From Balanoglossus misakiensis (lineage: Eukaryota; Animalia; Hemichordata), in contig CM082593.2 in the NCBI GenBank assembly GCA_040954595.2, positions 10,615,477 through 10,679,476 on the forward strand: 64,000 nucleotides of DNA, given 5' to 3'. Below, in pieces: positions 1 through 11,400 of this stretch; position 1 is the stretch's first letter; each line of letters opens with the position of its first letter. The notes below the pieces were generated by a model. The model searched no databases and was not told the DNA's origin. It saw only the letters and a program-made list of their open reading frames with translations. Position numbers and translations under genes: made by a program.

Positions 1-109
1 TGATGTTATGTGTAGCTGGTTAATCAAGGAACCAACTGGAAGACCATTAACTCTTATCTTTGATGAGAACTTTGGATTAGAGAGGAACACAGATGTTGAT
101 TACATCATT
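1..109 (+). CDS. CUB domain exon (partial)
   Basis: DVMCSWLIKEPTGRPLTLIFDENFGLERNTDVDYII; GTGAGT donor at 110, phase 0. Confidence 0.85.
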
Positions 110-274
110 GTGAGTATCAGATATGATCATGAGTCAGCCATGTTAAAAATATTTGTCATATTAAAAAATTTGTCATATTATTTTGCAGTGATTTTAGTTT
201 GACAATTTTGGCAGACATTACTTCAAACTATACAACTTTGGAACACAATTTGGAAATTTAATTAATCACATATA

Positions 275-484
275 TACTGTAAAACGGGATACTTTTGCAA
301 CATGAAATTTTCGCGTTATCAAAAGAGGCAAGTGTTATGCAACAATAACTTTTCACGTTCTTGTATTTCACTGCATCATTATCCCCGAAAAACATTTTTA
401 CGCAACTTTTTATTTTCATGTTTTGATGGCTCTCACGTAGATCGCGAAAAGTTATTGTTTGCGAACATTTCCCATTTTACAGTA
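275..484. mobile_element. MITE with TA ends (Tc1/mariner-type)
   Basis: TACTGTAAAACGGG ... CCCATTTTACAGTA inverted termini; TTTTCGCG motifs inside. Confidence 0.8.
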
Positions 485-526
485 TGTTGAGTAGCTGTTA
501 CAGCAGGAAATGCAACAAGGATTGAA

Positions 527-725
527 TACTATAAAATTTTCGTGAACGATAAATTTTCGTAAACTATGTGAGAGCCAAAAAATATGAAAATAAAAAGTCG
601 CTTAAAATGCTTCAGAGATAACAATGCAGTAAAATATGGCAATGTGAAAATTAATTGTCGCGTAACAGTAGCCACCTTTGATATCGCGAAAATTTCCTGT
701 TGTGAAGATTTCCCGTTTTACGGTA
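527..725. mobile_element. Degenerate copy of the same MITE family
   Basis: TACTATAAAA ... CCCGTTTTACGGTA; internal sequence inverted relative to 275-484. Confidence 0.65.
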
Positions 726-762
726 TTTACAATGCATGCTTAATTTGTCTTTGTTTCTGAAG

Positions 763-946
763 GTATACAATGGTACTGAGAGTGATGATGATGTCATTAT
801 TGGTCCATGGAGTGGCAATTCTGATGGAGTCATTGATGGCACTGTGCCACCACCCGATTGCCGTACAGACATTGGACACTTTTCGGTTGTGTTCAGGAGT
901 AGTAGAACACGACCAGCTAAAGGATTCAGGGCTTCATTTTCACCAG
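763..946 (+). CDS. CUB domain C-terminal exon
   Basis: TTTCTGAAG acceptor; VYNGTESDDDVIIGPWSG...FSVVFRSSRTRPAKGFRASFSP; donor at 947, phase 1. Confidence 0.88.
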
Positions 947-953
947 GTACACA

Positions 954-1163
954 TACTGTAAAACACTTTATTTTCACGAGTTGAAATTTTCGCGACATCG
1001 AGAGAGGCCACTGTTTCGCCAGTATTAATTTTCGCGTTCTCTTATTTCATTCATTGCATCTTTATCTTCAAAAAAATTACGCACCTTTTTATTTTCACGC
1101 TATTTTGGCTCTCGCGTATTTCGCGAAAATCTCTTGCTCGCGAAAATAAAGTGTTTTACAGTA
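954..1163. mobile_element. MITE with TA ends
   Basis: TACTGTAAAACACTTTATTTTC ... GAAAATAAAGTGTTTTACAGTA. Confidence 0.85.
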
Positions 1164-1681
1164 ACTTACTAACATTTCAGAAAAAGTTGTTACAGAATTC
1201 TTAGAAACACACTCTCCCTTTATTCCTTGTGATTTAGAGTCATTAATTGAAAGGTGCAAATGTTTTTGAATTTTTACGAAACTTCAAAGAGCTGGAAAAA
1301 CAGAGACAGTAATTTCTTACAATTGCAATGCAATTTTGGACCATTGACAGGAATGGCAACACTCTTGTATCACACTCAATAAAGTGATGGGGTCGTCGCA
1401 CTGCGTTTGTTTGTTTATAAACATTGCAATTCATCCACAAATCCCTGAAATTAGACAGCCACGACCTACTAGGATCTTCAGTTGCTGTCATGGACAGTCT
1501 AGGATACTGTCAGCTGCTTCGTTCATTCTAAGAATTATCTTATTTGAGGGATTTGTGGATGAATTGTAATGTTTATAAACAAACGCATTGCGACGACCCC
1601 TTCACTTTAAAACAACTGACATTTATGAGTTTAAGTATTTGTCTGCATGCATTCTTATCATTGTGATCCTTGTTCTGACAG

Positions 1682-1782
1682 ACTGTCCCGAAATTGTGAT
1701 TAGTGAGGGCGTGGTGACCAGTACAGAGATAGAAGGTATGATGTCTCTGTCTCATTCCAATGCTCGGACGGTTATCCAGTAG
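1682..1782 (+). pseudogene. Sushi domain 1 exon, frameshifted and truncated by a MITE
   Basis: DCPEIVISEGVVTST, then after a shift at ~1726 DRRYDVSVSFQCSDGYP in another frame; a TTAA-AGGGG element starts at 1783. A possible donor GTATGA at 1736 would give a 54-nt exon. Confidence 0.65.
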
Positions 1783-1862
1783 TTAAAGGGGATGTCCGGT
1801 CTAGCTGATATCTACATAATTTTGTAGCTTTGAGGTCACTCTTTCAGGAAAAAAAAAACATT
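1783..1862. mobile_element. Truncated Kolobok-like MITE inside the Sushi 1 exon
   Basis: TTAAAGGGGATGTCCGGT...GTAGCTTTGAGGTCA..CTTTCAG, homologous to 5113-5227. Confidence 0.65.
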
Positions 1863-2027
1863 TTTGCCGTGTATAAGTCGTACCAGCTATGCAAATATGC
1901 CTAGCCTGGTGTCTTGTATCCAAGATAATTAATGAAAAAAGTGCAGTGATGAGAGAGACTTAATTTGTCTCTTGAATCTATTGTTAGCAACAACTTGAAT
2001 GACACTAATTTGTTGTTTATTTTTTAG

Positions 2028-2149
2028 GAATAACATGTGGTGGACCCCCTGAGTGCAGCAATGGAATTCCCGACGTAGATTGGTACATTGAAATAATTAA
2101 GCTTACTGATAGGGATACAAGAACATGTCATCAATGCCTGATTGTGGCT
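2028..2149 (+). pseudogene. Sushi domain 2 exon, short and frameshifted
   Basis: TTTTTAG acceptor; starts ITCGGPPECSNG; ends SMPDCG in another frame before GTATGT. At 122 nt it breaks the phase 1-1 chain and is shorter than the intact Sushi exons. Confidence 0.6.
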
Positions 2150-2623
2150 GTATGTTGCAATTTAAACGTGCAATGTATTAAACAGGTGCCGTACCCATTT
2201 TATTAAAATCAGCCTCCATACAAACAGTATGCAGCTAGCTATCGTGGTATGCATCACCATAGATTTGAAAGGTTTTACTGTGGAAAAGAAAAAAATTGTG
2301 AAATTTGGCAGCTCTAGAGGCTTTAAAGTGTGTGATGAGTCGTTTTGAAAACAAAGTATAACACAGGGTGTTCACTGTCATGTTTTCATAAAAATCACTG
2401 ACTCAAGTTGAAATTCTCTCCATAGCGTTATGATGGGGCACTTTGTGCTGGTTGCTACATTCCACATGGGTGTCTAATTGGGACATTACACACTGAATGT
2501 TAAACCAGACACTGGTAACTTGAAAATATGCAGGATTGTGAGGGTTACTGCTACATGTCCCTCTAAACCATTTTCCTAGTATTAACACACTTGTAATGTT
2601 ATCTGTTCATCTTATCCAAACAG

Positions 2624-2813
2624 CTCGCGAGTGTCCACCACCGAATGTAGACAACTACTTATCATATGAAATTGTTAATGGTGATTCATTGATTTTTGGA
2701 ACAACCGTTGCCTACTCATGTCCATCTGGCTACAGTCTGACTGGCTACACTGTCTCTACATGTGGTGAAGATGGATCATGGATTGGAGATCCAGGATACT
2801 GTCATTTAAGGAT
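2624..2813 (+). CDS. Sushi/CCP domain exon
   Basis: RECPPPNVDN...FGTTVAYSCPSGYSLTGYTVSTCGEDGSWIGDPGYC; phase 1 to 2; donor GTACAT is weak. Confidence 0.85.
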
Positions 2814-3106
2814 GTACATTCAGTAAAATTGAAAATATGGTCATTTCTTTTAATTGTTAATTTTTGGATTATCCTATGTATGTATAATGAAAATTTGTGA
2901 TAAAATATAGGGGTCACCACGCTTGTTTTTGAAATACAGAGTCATGAATTTAGTCGATAATTGAAAAAAAGGAGTCAATGGTATCTGGACTTTTATAGTG
3001 GGAACTTGGGGTGAAAATGTTAAAGTTGTGACAGAATACAGATACCCAATATATATACCACAATCAAGTCTGCATCCACATAGTGTTTTATTTTTTTTAC
3101 TTGCAG

Positions 3107-3288
3107 GATTGAATGCAGTGATATACTCATAACAGACCCACATCTACAAGCTGTCCCTGATAGTGGACCATATTATATGGGCAGTAACATCACATTCTAT
3201 TGTAATGCTGGCTATGAATTAAATGGTGCTGATTACCTGACTTGTCAATCCGATTTACAGTGGAATAGTGCAATACCATCATGCATTG
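3107..3288 (+). CDS. Sushi/CCP domain exon (missed by the ORF track)
   Basis: TTGCAG acceptor; IECSDILITDPHL...MGSNITFYCNAGYELNGADYLTCQSDLQWNSAIPSCI; GTAAGT donor. Confidence 0.9.
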
Positions 3289-3479
3289 GTAAGTTCACAT
3301 CAAGATTGGTCTTCATGTGGTTGTCTGCTTATGAGGTACCGTAATCGATCACTCCAGTAATTTGACTATTTATCATAAATGTCACCTAAACTACATGCTG
3401 ATAGGACATACAGTTCATGCCATGCAAATCTATGGCTGTCAGAAATTTCATGATTTTCGTAATTTTATTTTTCATTGAT

Positions 3480-3675
3480 TACTGTAAAACAGGAAATTTT
3501 CGCGCAAAGAAATTTTTTGCGATATCAAAAGCAGAAACTGTTATGAGACGATTAATTTTCATGTTCTCGTATTTCACTACATTGTTATCACTGAAAATAG
3601 TTTTTTACACAAAAATGTCTTTTTTTGGGGGGCTCTTGCATAGTTCGCGAAAATTTGTTTGTGAAAATTTCCTGT
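3480..3675. mobile_element. MITE of the TACTGTAAAAC family, right end eroded
   Basis: TACTGTAAAACAGGAAATTTTC ... GAAAATTTCCTGTT. Confidence 0.7.
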
Positions 3676-3765
3676 TGGTCTGGTGGTTCCCGGCTAAACT
3701 TGTTGGTCTGAATTTACCAGCGGACCTGTGGGATTTTGATCATATCTTGATGAATAACATTTCAG

Positions 3766-3894
3766 ATATCAATGAATGTAGTACATTGGTGGCACGGTGT
3801 GGAATCAATCAAGTCTGTGAAAATAGAGATGGTGACTATCAGTGTGCATGTTTGGTGGGATTTGAACCAGATGTGAATGGAACAGCATGCAAAG
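3766..3894 (+). CDS. Calcium-binding EGF-like exon
   Basis: DINECSTLVARCGINQVCENRDGDYQCACLVGFEPDVNGTACK; 129 nt, phase 1-1. Confidence 0.92.
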
Positions 3895-4039
3895 GTGAGA
3901 CATAAACAAGTCACTTGCAACATAACTTCAAGTCACTATTTTCACATTTAACACATTCCGAACTTATTTCAGAATTCCGGATAAATTTTTGGTATGACCT
4001 TTTAATCTCAGGTGTCTTTTTCTCATAGGATTACATTGA

Positions 4040-4370
4040 TAATTGCTAGAAAACAAACTTCTACTATTGTCATTTTCACGAAATTTTACACATAGCTCAG
4101 TCTAGTAAATATAAATTCATTGGTCAAATAAAATTGTGTGATTACAATGCTCTATTTTGAGATAAATTTCTTTAAGGTTTTTGTCCATAGACAAACCATT
4201 GGTGAACCATGCTGAGTCAGCAGGTTTCTTCTATTATCAACTAAATTAATGGCCTTGTATTTCAAAAGCAAGCAAGGTGACGCCTTTATTTTATCACAGA
4301 TTCATCTTGTACGTACACAAGATAATCCCAAAATTCACGATTAAAAGAAATGACAATACTTTCAATTTTA
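4040..4370 (+). repeat. Dispersed repeat family; other copies at ~2840-2965 (-), ~48060-48380 (+) and ~57680-57975 (-)
   Basis: Shared AGAAAACAAACTTCTACTATTGTC..TTTCACGAAATTTTACACATAGCTC...CCATAGACAAACCATTGGT...AAAGAAATGACAATACTTTCA. Confidence 0.75.
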
Positions 4371-4415
4371 CTGAACGTACATTGTTTTAATCCAATCCAT
4401 GTTCCTTCTTTGTAG

Positions 4416-4601
4416 ATATAAATGAATGTGCTTCACATTCTTGTGATCAACTTTGTAAAAACACTGCAGGTGGTTTTCAATGTTCCTGTGAAGAAGGCTA
4501 TCTCTTATATGCAAATAACGGCACAGGTGGATTCTATCTGCCACCTGGAGAAACTGGTCTCTCAATGTATGATGTCTACACTTTTAACCAATCATGTGTT
4601 C
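4416..4601 (+). CDS. Calcium-binding EGF exon with long Uif-type insert
   Basis: DINECASHSCDQLCKNTAGGFQCSCEEGYLLYANNGTGGFYLPPGETGLSMYDVYTFNQSCV; TGTAG acceptor, GTAAGT donor. Confidence 0.92.
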
Positions 4602-5112
4602 GTAAGTATCATGTTAAACTATAGAGTTAAAGGTATATGATCACCCATGGAAAATTAGCTATATATAGTTACCATGGAAAATTGAAATCTAGCCAATCAC
4701 AGATTTTCATTTGGTGGCACACGTGGAAAACAGGCGCCACCATATGTTCTTTAGAATGCTCAAATACGCCATTCAGCCATATATGGGAATGTGTATTGAA
4801 GGTGACTGTATACTTTTAACCAAGATTTGTCATATTATTGACCTTTATACCGCAATGAATTTGCAGCAACAAAAAGTGGACAAAAAGCTGAATTTCATAA
4901 TTGGATTTCATAATTTTGCCGTAATTCAATAATGAAATGTGGAGAAAGTAAGCAGACCAACTTTGCACTGTTATTATTTATTTTGGATTTGTTTCCCTCC
5001 TGCTAACAAAAGTGTCCTCTCACCTCATGGCATGAAGATGCATTGAATTCTGAGAAAAAGGGGATTAATACTTGAGTGTATTTACAAAGACAAACAAGCT
5101 CACTGGTAGCAT

Positions 5113-5227
5113 TTAAAGGGGAAGTCCGGTTCAGCTACATAATTGGGTAGCTTTGAGGTCATTCTTTCAGAAAAAAACATTGTGTAGAAATTATGCATAA
5201 ATCAGCTGGACAGGACTTCCCTTTTAA
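5113..5227. mobile_element. Short Kolobok-like MITE
   Basis: TTAAAGGGGAAGTCC ... GGACTTCCCTTTTAA; TTAA on both sides, RR...YY termini. Confidence 0.75.
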
Positions 5228-5438
5228 TATTTCCAAGCAAGGCAATTGGTTTACTGCAACAATTACTTTGAAAACACAGTGTAAAACAACAATCATGATA
5301 TGAATGTTACTTTAATAGATAGTCATACTTATATAAGCATGACTGTCTATGTTGGTCTGTAAGTTGTATTTGAAAGAAAAGTTTCATGTACGAATAGTAC
5401 AAAGATTGACATTTAGTCCACAAAACCTACCATTAACA

Positions 5439-8400
5439 TTAACCAGAGCACACAGTAACCAGGCCAGAGTGGCCAGTATCGTGCCCATTAATTTTGAGTG
5501 TTTGATAGGGGTCAACCTTTGCGTGAACATTAACCAGAGCACACAGTAACCAGGCCGTAGTGGACAGTGTTCTGCCCATTAATTTTGAGTGTTTGGTGGG
5601 GTCAACCTTTGCGTCAACATTAACCAGAGCACACAGTAACCAGGCCATAGTGGACAGTGTGCTGCCCATTAATTTTGAGTGTTTGGTGGGGTCAACCTTT
5701 GCGTCAACATTAACCAGAGCACACAGTAACCAGGCCGTAGTGGACAGTGTTCTGCCCATTAATTTTGAGTGTTTGGTGGGGTCAACCTTTGCGTCAACAT
5801 TAACCAGAGCACACAGTAACCAGGCCGTAGTGGACAGTGTTCTGCCCATTAATTTTGAGTGTTTGGTGGGGTCAACCTTTGCGTCAACATTAACCAGAGC
5901 ACACAGTAACCAGGCCGTAGTGGACAGTGTTCTGCCCATTAATTTTGAGTGTTTGGTGGGGTCAACCTTTGCGTCAACATTAACTAGGCCAGAGTGGCCA
6001 GTATCGTGCCCATTAAGTTTTAGTGTTTGGTGGGGTCAACCTTTGCGTCAACATTAACTAGGCCAGAGTGGCCAGTATCGTGCCCATTAATTTTGAGTGT
6101 TTGGTGGGGTCAACCTTTGCGTCAACATTAACTAGGCCAGAGTGGCCAGTATCGTGCCCATTAATTTTGAGTGTTTGGTGGGGTCAACCTTTGCGTCAAC
6201 ATTAACTAGGCCAGAGTGGCCAGTATCGTGCCCATTAATTTTGAGTGTTTGGTGGGGGTCAACCTTTGCGTCAACATTAACCAGAGCACACAGTAACCAG
6301 GCCGTAGTGGACAGTGTTCTGCCCATTAATTTTGAGTGTTTGGTGGGGTCAACCTTTGCGTCAACATTAACCAGAGCACACAGTAACCAGGCCATAGTGG
6401 ACAGTGTGCTGCCCATTAATTTTGAGTGTTTGGTGGGGTCAACCTTTGCGTCAACATTAACCAGAGCACACAGTAACCAGGCCATAGTGGACAGTGTTCT
6501 GCCCATTAATTTTGAGTGTTTGGTGGGGTCAACCTTTGCGTCAACATTAACCAGAGCACACAGTAACCAGGCCGTAGTGGACAGTGTTCTGCCCATTAAT
6601 TTTGAGTGTTTGGTGGGGTCAACCTTTGCGTCAACATTAACCAGAGCACACAGTAACCAGGCCGTAGTGGACAGTGTTCTGCCCATTAATTTTGAGTGTT
6701 TGGTGGGGTCAACCTTTGCGTCAACATTAACCAGAGCACACAGTAACCAGGCCGTAGTGGACAGTGTTCTGCCCATTAATTTTGAGTGTTTGGTGGGGTC
6801 AACCTTTGCGTCAACATTAACCAGAGCACACAGTAACCAGGCCATAGTGGACAGTGTTCTGCCCATTAATTTTGAGTGTTTGGTGGGGTCAACCTTTGCG
6901 TCAACATTAACCAGAGCACACAGTAACCAGGCCATAGTGGACAGTGTTCTGCCCATTAATTTTGAGTGTTTGGTGGGGTCAACCTTTGCGTCAACATTAA
7001 CCAGAGCACACAGTAACCAGGCCGTAGTGGACAGTGTTCTGGCCATTTATTTTGAGTGTTTGGTGGGGTCAACCTTTGCGTCAACATTAACCAGAGCACA
7101 CAGTAACCAGGCCGTAGTGGACAGTGTTCTGGCCATTAATTTTGAGTGTTTGGTGGGGTCAACCTTTGCGTCAACATTAACCAGAGCACACAGTAACCAG
7201 GCCGTAGTGGACAGTGTTCTGGCCATTAATTTTGAGTGTTTGGTGGGGTCAACCTTTGCGTCAACATTAACCAGAGCACACAGTAACCAGGCCGTAGTGG
7301 ACAGTGTTCTGCCCATTAATTTTGAGTGTTTGGTGGGGTCAACCTTTGCGTCAACATTAACCAGAGCACACAGTAACCAGGCCGTAGTGGACAGTGTTCT
7401 GCCCATTAATTTTGAGTGTTTGGTGGGGTCAACCTTTGCGTCAACATTAACCAGAGCACACAGTAACCAGGCCGTAGTGGACAGTGTTCTGCCCATTAAT
7501 TTTGAGTGTTTGGTGGGGTCAACCTTTGCGTCAACATTAACCAGAGCACACAGTAACCAGGCCGTAGTGGACAGTGTTCTGCCCATTAATTTTGAGTGTT
7601 TGGTGGGGTCAACCTTTGCGTCAACATTAACCAGAGCACACAGTAACCAGGCCGTAGTGGACAGTGTGCTGCCCATTAATTTTGAGTGTTTGGTGGGGTC
7701 AACCTTTGCGTCAACATTAACCAGAGCACACAGTAACCAGGCCGTAGTGGACAGTGTTCTGCCCATTAATTTTGAGTGTTTGGTGGGGTCAACCTTTGCG
7801 TCAACATTAACCAGAGCACACAGTAACCAGGCCGTAGTGGACAGTGTTCTGCCCATTAATTTTGAGTGTTTGGTGGGGTCAACCTTTGCGTCAACATTAA
7901 CCAGAGCACACAGTAACCAGGCCGTAGTGGACAGTGTTCTGCCCATTAATTTTGAGTGTTTGGTGGGGTCAACCTTTGCGTCAACATTAACCAGAGCACA
8001 CAGTAACCAGGCCGTAGTGGACAGTGTTCTGCCCATTAATTTTGAGTGTTTGGTGGGGTCAACCTTTGCGTCAACATTAACCAGAGCACACAGTAACCAG
8101 GCCCTAGTGGACAGTGTTCTGCCCATTAATTTTGAGTGTTTGGTGGGGTCAACCTTTGCGTCAACATTAACCAGAGCACACAGTAACCAGGCCGTAGTGG
8201 ACAGTGTTCTGCCCATTAATTTTGAGTGTTTGGTGGGGTCAACCTTTGCGTCAACATTAACCAGAGCACACAGTAACCAGGCCCTAGTGGACAGTGTTCT
8301 GCCCATTAATTTTGAGTGTTTGGTGGGGTCAACCTTTGCGTCAACATTAACCAGAGCACACAGTAACCAGGCCGTAGTGGACAGTGTTCTGCCCATTAAT

Positions 8401-11400
8401 TTTGAGTGTTTGGTGGGGTCAACCTTTGCGTCAACATTAACCAGAGCACACAGTAACCAGGCCATAGTGGACAGTGTTCTGCCCATTAATTTTGAGTGTT
8501 TGGTGGGGTCAACCTTTGCGTCAACATTAACCAGAACACACAGTAACCAGGCCGTAGTGGACAGTGTTCTGCCCATTAATTTTGAGTGTTTGGTGGGGTC
8601 AACCTTTGCGTCAACATTAACCAGAGCACACAGTAACCAGGCCATAGTGGACAGTGTGCTGCCCATTAATTTTGAGTGTTTGGTGGGGTCAACCTTTGCG
8701 TCAACATTAACCAGAGCACAGAGTAACCAGGCCATAGTGGACAGTGTTCTGCCCATTAATTTTGAGTGTTTGGTGGGGTCAACCTTTGCGTCAACATTAA
8801 CCAGAGCACACAGTAACCAGGCCATAGTGGACAGTGTTCTGCCCATTAATTTTGAGTGTTTGGTGGGGTCAACCTTTGCGTCAACATTAACCAGAGCACA
8901 CAGTAACCAGGCCGTAGTGGACAGTGTTCTGCCCATTAATTTTGAGTGTTTGGTGGGGTCAACCTTTGCGTCAACATTAACTAGGCCAGAGTGGCCAGTA
9001 TCGTGCCCATTAATTTTGAGTGTTTGGTGGGGTCAACCTTTGCGTCAACATTAACTAGGCCAGAGTGGCCAGTATCGTGCCCATTAATTTTGAGTGTTTG
9101 GTGGGGTCAACCTTTGCGTCAACATTAACTAGGCCAGAGTGGCCAGTATCGTGCCCATTAATTTTGAGTGTTTGGTGGGGTCAACCTTTGCGTCAACATT
9201 AACTAGGCCAGAGTGGCCAGTATCGTGCCCATTAATTTTGAGTGTTTGGTGGGGTCAACCTTTGCGTCAACATTAACCAGAGCACACAGTAACCAGGCCG
9301 TAGTGGACAGTGTTCTGGCCATTAATTTTGAGTGTTTGGTGGGGTCAACCTTTGCGTCAACATTAACCAGAGCACACAGTAACCAGGCCGTAGTGGACAG
9401 TGTTCTGCCCATTAATTTTGAGTGTTTGGTGGGGTCAACCTTTGCGTCAACATTAACCAGAGCACACAGTAACCAGGCCGTAGTGGACAGTGTTCTGCCC
9501 ATTAATTTTGAGTGTTTGGTGGGGTCAACCTTTGCGTCAACATTAACCAGAGCACACAGTAACCAGGCCGTAGTGGACAGTGTTCTGCCCATTAATTTTG
9601 AGTGTTTGGTGGGGTCAACCTTTGCGTCAACATTAACCAGAGCACACAGTAACCAGGCCGTAGTGGACAGTGTTCTGCCCATTAATTTTGAGTGTTTGGT
9701 GGGGTCAACCTTTGCGTCAACATTAACCAGAGCACACAGTAACCAGGCCGTAGTGGACAGTGTTCTGCCCATTAATTTTGAGTGTTTGGTGGGGTCAACC
9801 TTTGCGTCAACATTAACCAGAGCACACAGTAACCAGGCCGTAGTGGACAGTGTTCTGCCCATTAATTTTGAGTGTTTGGTGGGGTCAACCTTTGCGTCAA
9901 CATTAACCAGAGCACACAGTAACCAGGCCGTAGTGGACAGTGTTCTGCCCATTAATTTTGAGTGTTTGGTGGGGTCAACCTTTGCGTCAACATTAACCAG
10001 AGCACACAGTAACCAGGCCGTAGTGGACAGTGTTCTGCCCATTAATTTTGAGTGTTTGGTGGGGTCAACCTTTGCGTCAACATTAACTAGAGCACACAGT
10101 AACCAGGCCGTAGTGGACAGTGTTCTGCCCATTAATTTTGAGTGTTTGGTGGGGTCAACCTTTGCGTCAACATTAACCAGAGCACACAGTAACCAGGCCG
10201 TAGTGGACAGTGTTCTGCCCATTAATTTTGAGTGTTTGGTGGGGTCAACCTTTGCGTCAACATTAACCAGAGCACACAGTAACCAGGCCATAGTGGACAG
10301 TGTTCTGCCCATTAATTTTGAGTGTTTGGTGGGGTCAACCTTTGCGTCAACATTAACCAGAGCACACAGTAACCAGGCCGTAGTGGACAGTGTTCTGCCC
10401 ATTAATTTTGAGTGTTTGGTGGGGTCAACCTTTGCGTCAACATTAACCAGAGCACACAGTAACCAGGCCATAGTGGACAGTGTGCTGCCCATTAATTTTG
10501 AGTGTTTGGTGGGGTCAACCTTTGCGTCAACATTAACCAGAGCACAGAGTAACCAGGCCATAGTGGACAGTGTTCTGCCCATTAATTTTGAGTGTTTGGT
10601 GGGGTCAACCTTTGCGTCAACATTAATCAGAGCACACAGTAACCAGGCCGTAGTGGACAGTGTTCTGCCCATTAATTTTGAGTGTTTGGTGGGGTCAACC
10701 TTTGCGTCAACATTAACCAGAGCACACAGTAACCAGGCCATAGTGGACAGTGTTCTGCCCATTAATTTTGAGTGTTTGGTGGGGTCAACCTTTGCGTCAA
10801 CATTAACCAGAGCACACAGTAACCAGGCCGTAGTGGACAGTGTTCTTCCCATTAATTTTGAGTGTTTGGTGGGGTCAACCTTTGCGTCAACATTAACTAG
10901 GCCAGAGTGGCCAGTATCGTGCCCATTAATTTTGAGTGTTTGGTGGGGTCAACCTTTGCGTCAACATTAACTAGGCCAGAGTGGCCAGTATCGTGCCCAT
11001 TATTTTTGAGTGTTTGGTGGGGTCAACCTTTGCGTCAACATTAACTAGGCCAGAGTGGCCAGTATCGTGCCCATTAATTTTGAGTGTTTGGTGGGGTCAA
11101 CCTTTGCGTCAACATTAACTAGGCCAGAGTGGCCAGTATCGTGCCCATTAATTTTGAGTGTTTGGTGGGGGTCAACCTTTGCGTCAACATTAACCAGAGC
11201 ACACAGTAACCAGGCCGTAGTGGACAGTGTTCTGCCCATTAATTTTGAGTGTTTGGTGGGGTCAACCTTTGCGTCAACATTAACCAGAGCACACAGTAAC
11301 CAGGCCATAGTGGACAGTGTGCTGCCCATTAATTTTGAGTGTTTGGTGGGGTCAACCTTTGCGTCAACATTAACCAGAGCACACAGTAACCAGGCCATAG

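Larger units (their letters stand above)
1..4601 (+). pseudogene. Multi-exon CUB-Sushi(x4)-EGF-Ca(x2) gene fragment, uninflatable (Uif)-like; apparently disrupted, 5' part lies outside the window
   Basis: GT-AG exons at <1-109, 763-946, 1682-~1782, 2028-2149, 2624-2813, 3107-3288, 3766-3894 and 4416-4601. Phases chain correctly except at Sushi 1 and Sushi 2. The junction GFRASFSPDCPE and the EGF insert LYANNGTGGFYLPPGETG..DVYTFNQSCV match my recollection of Uif proteins. No further exon recognised downstream. Confidence 0.7.
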
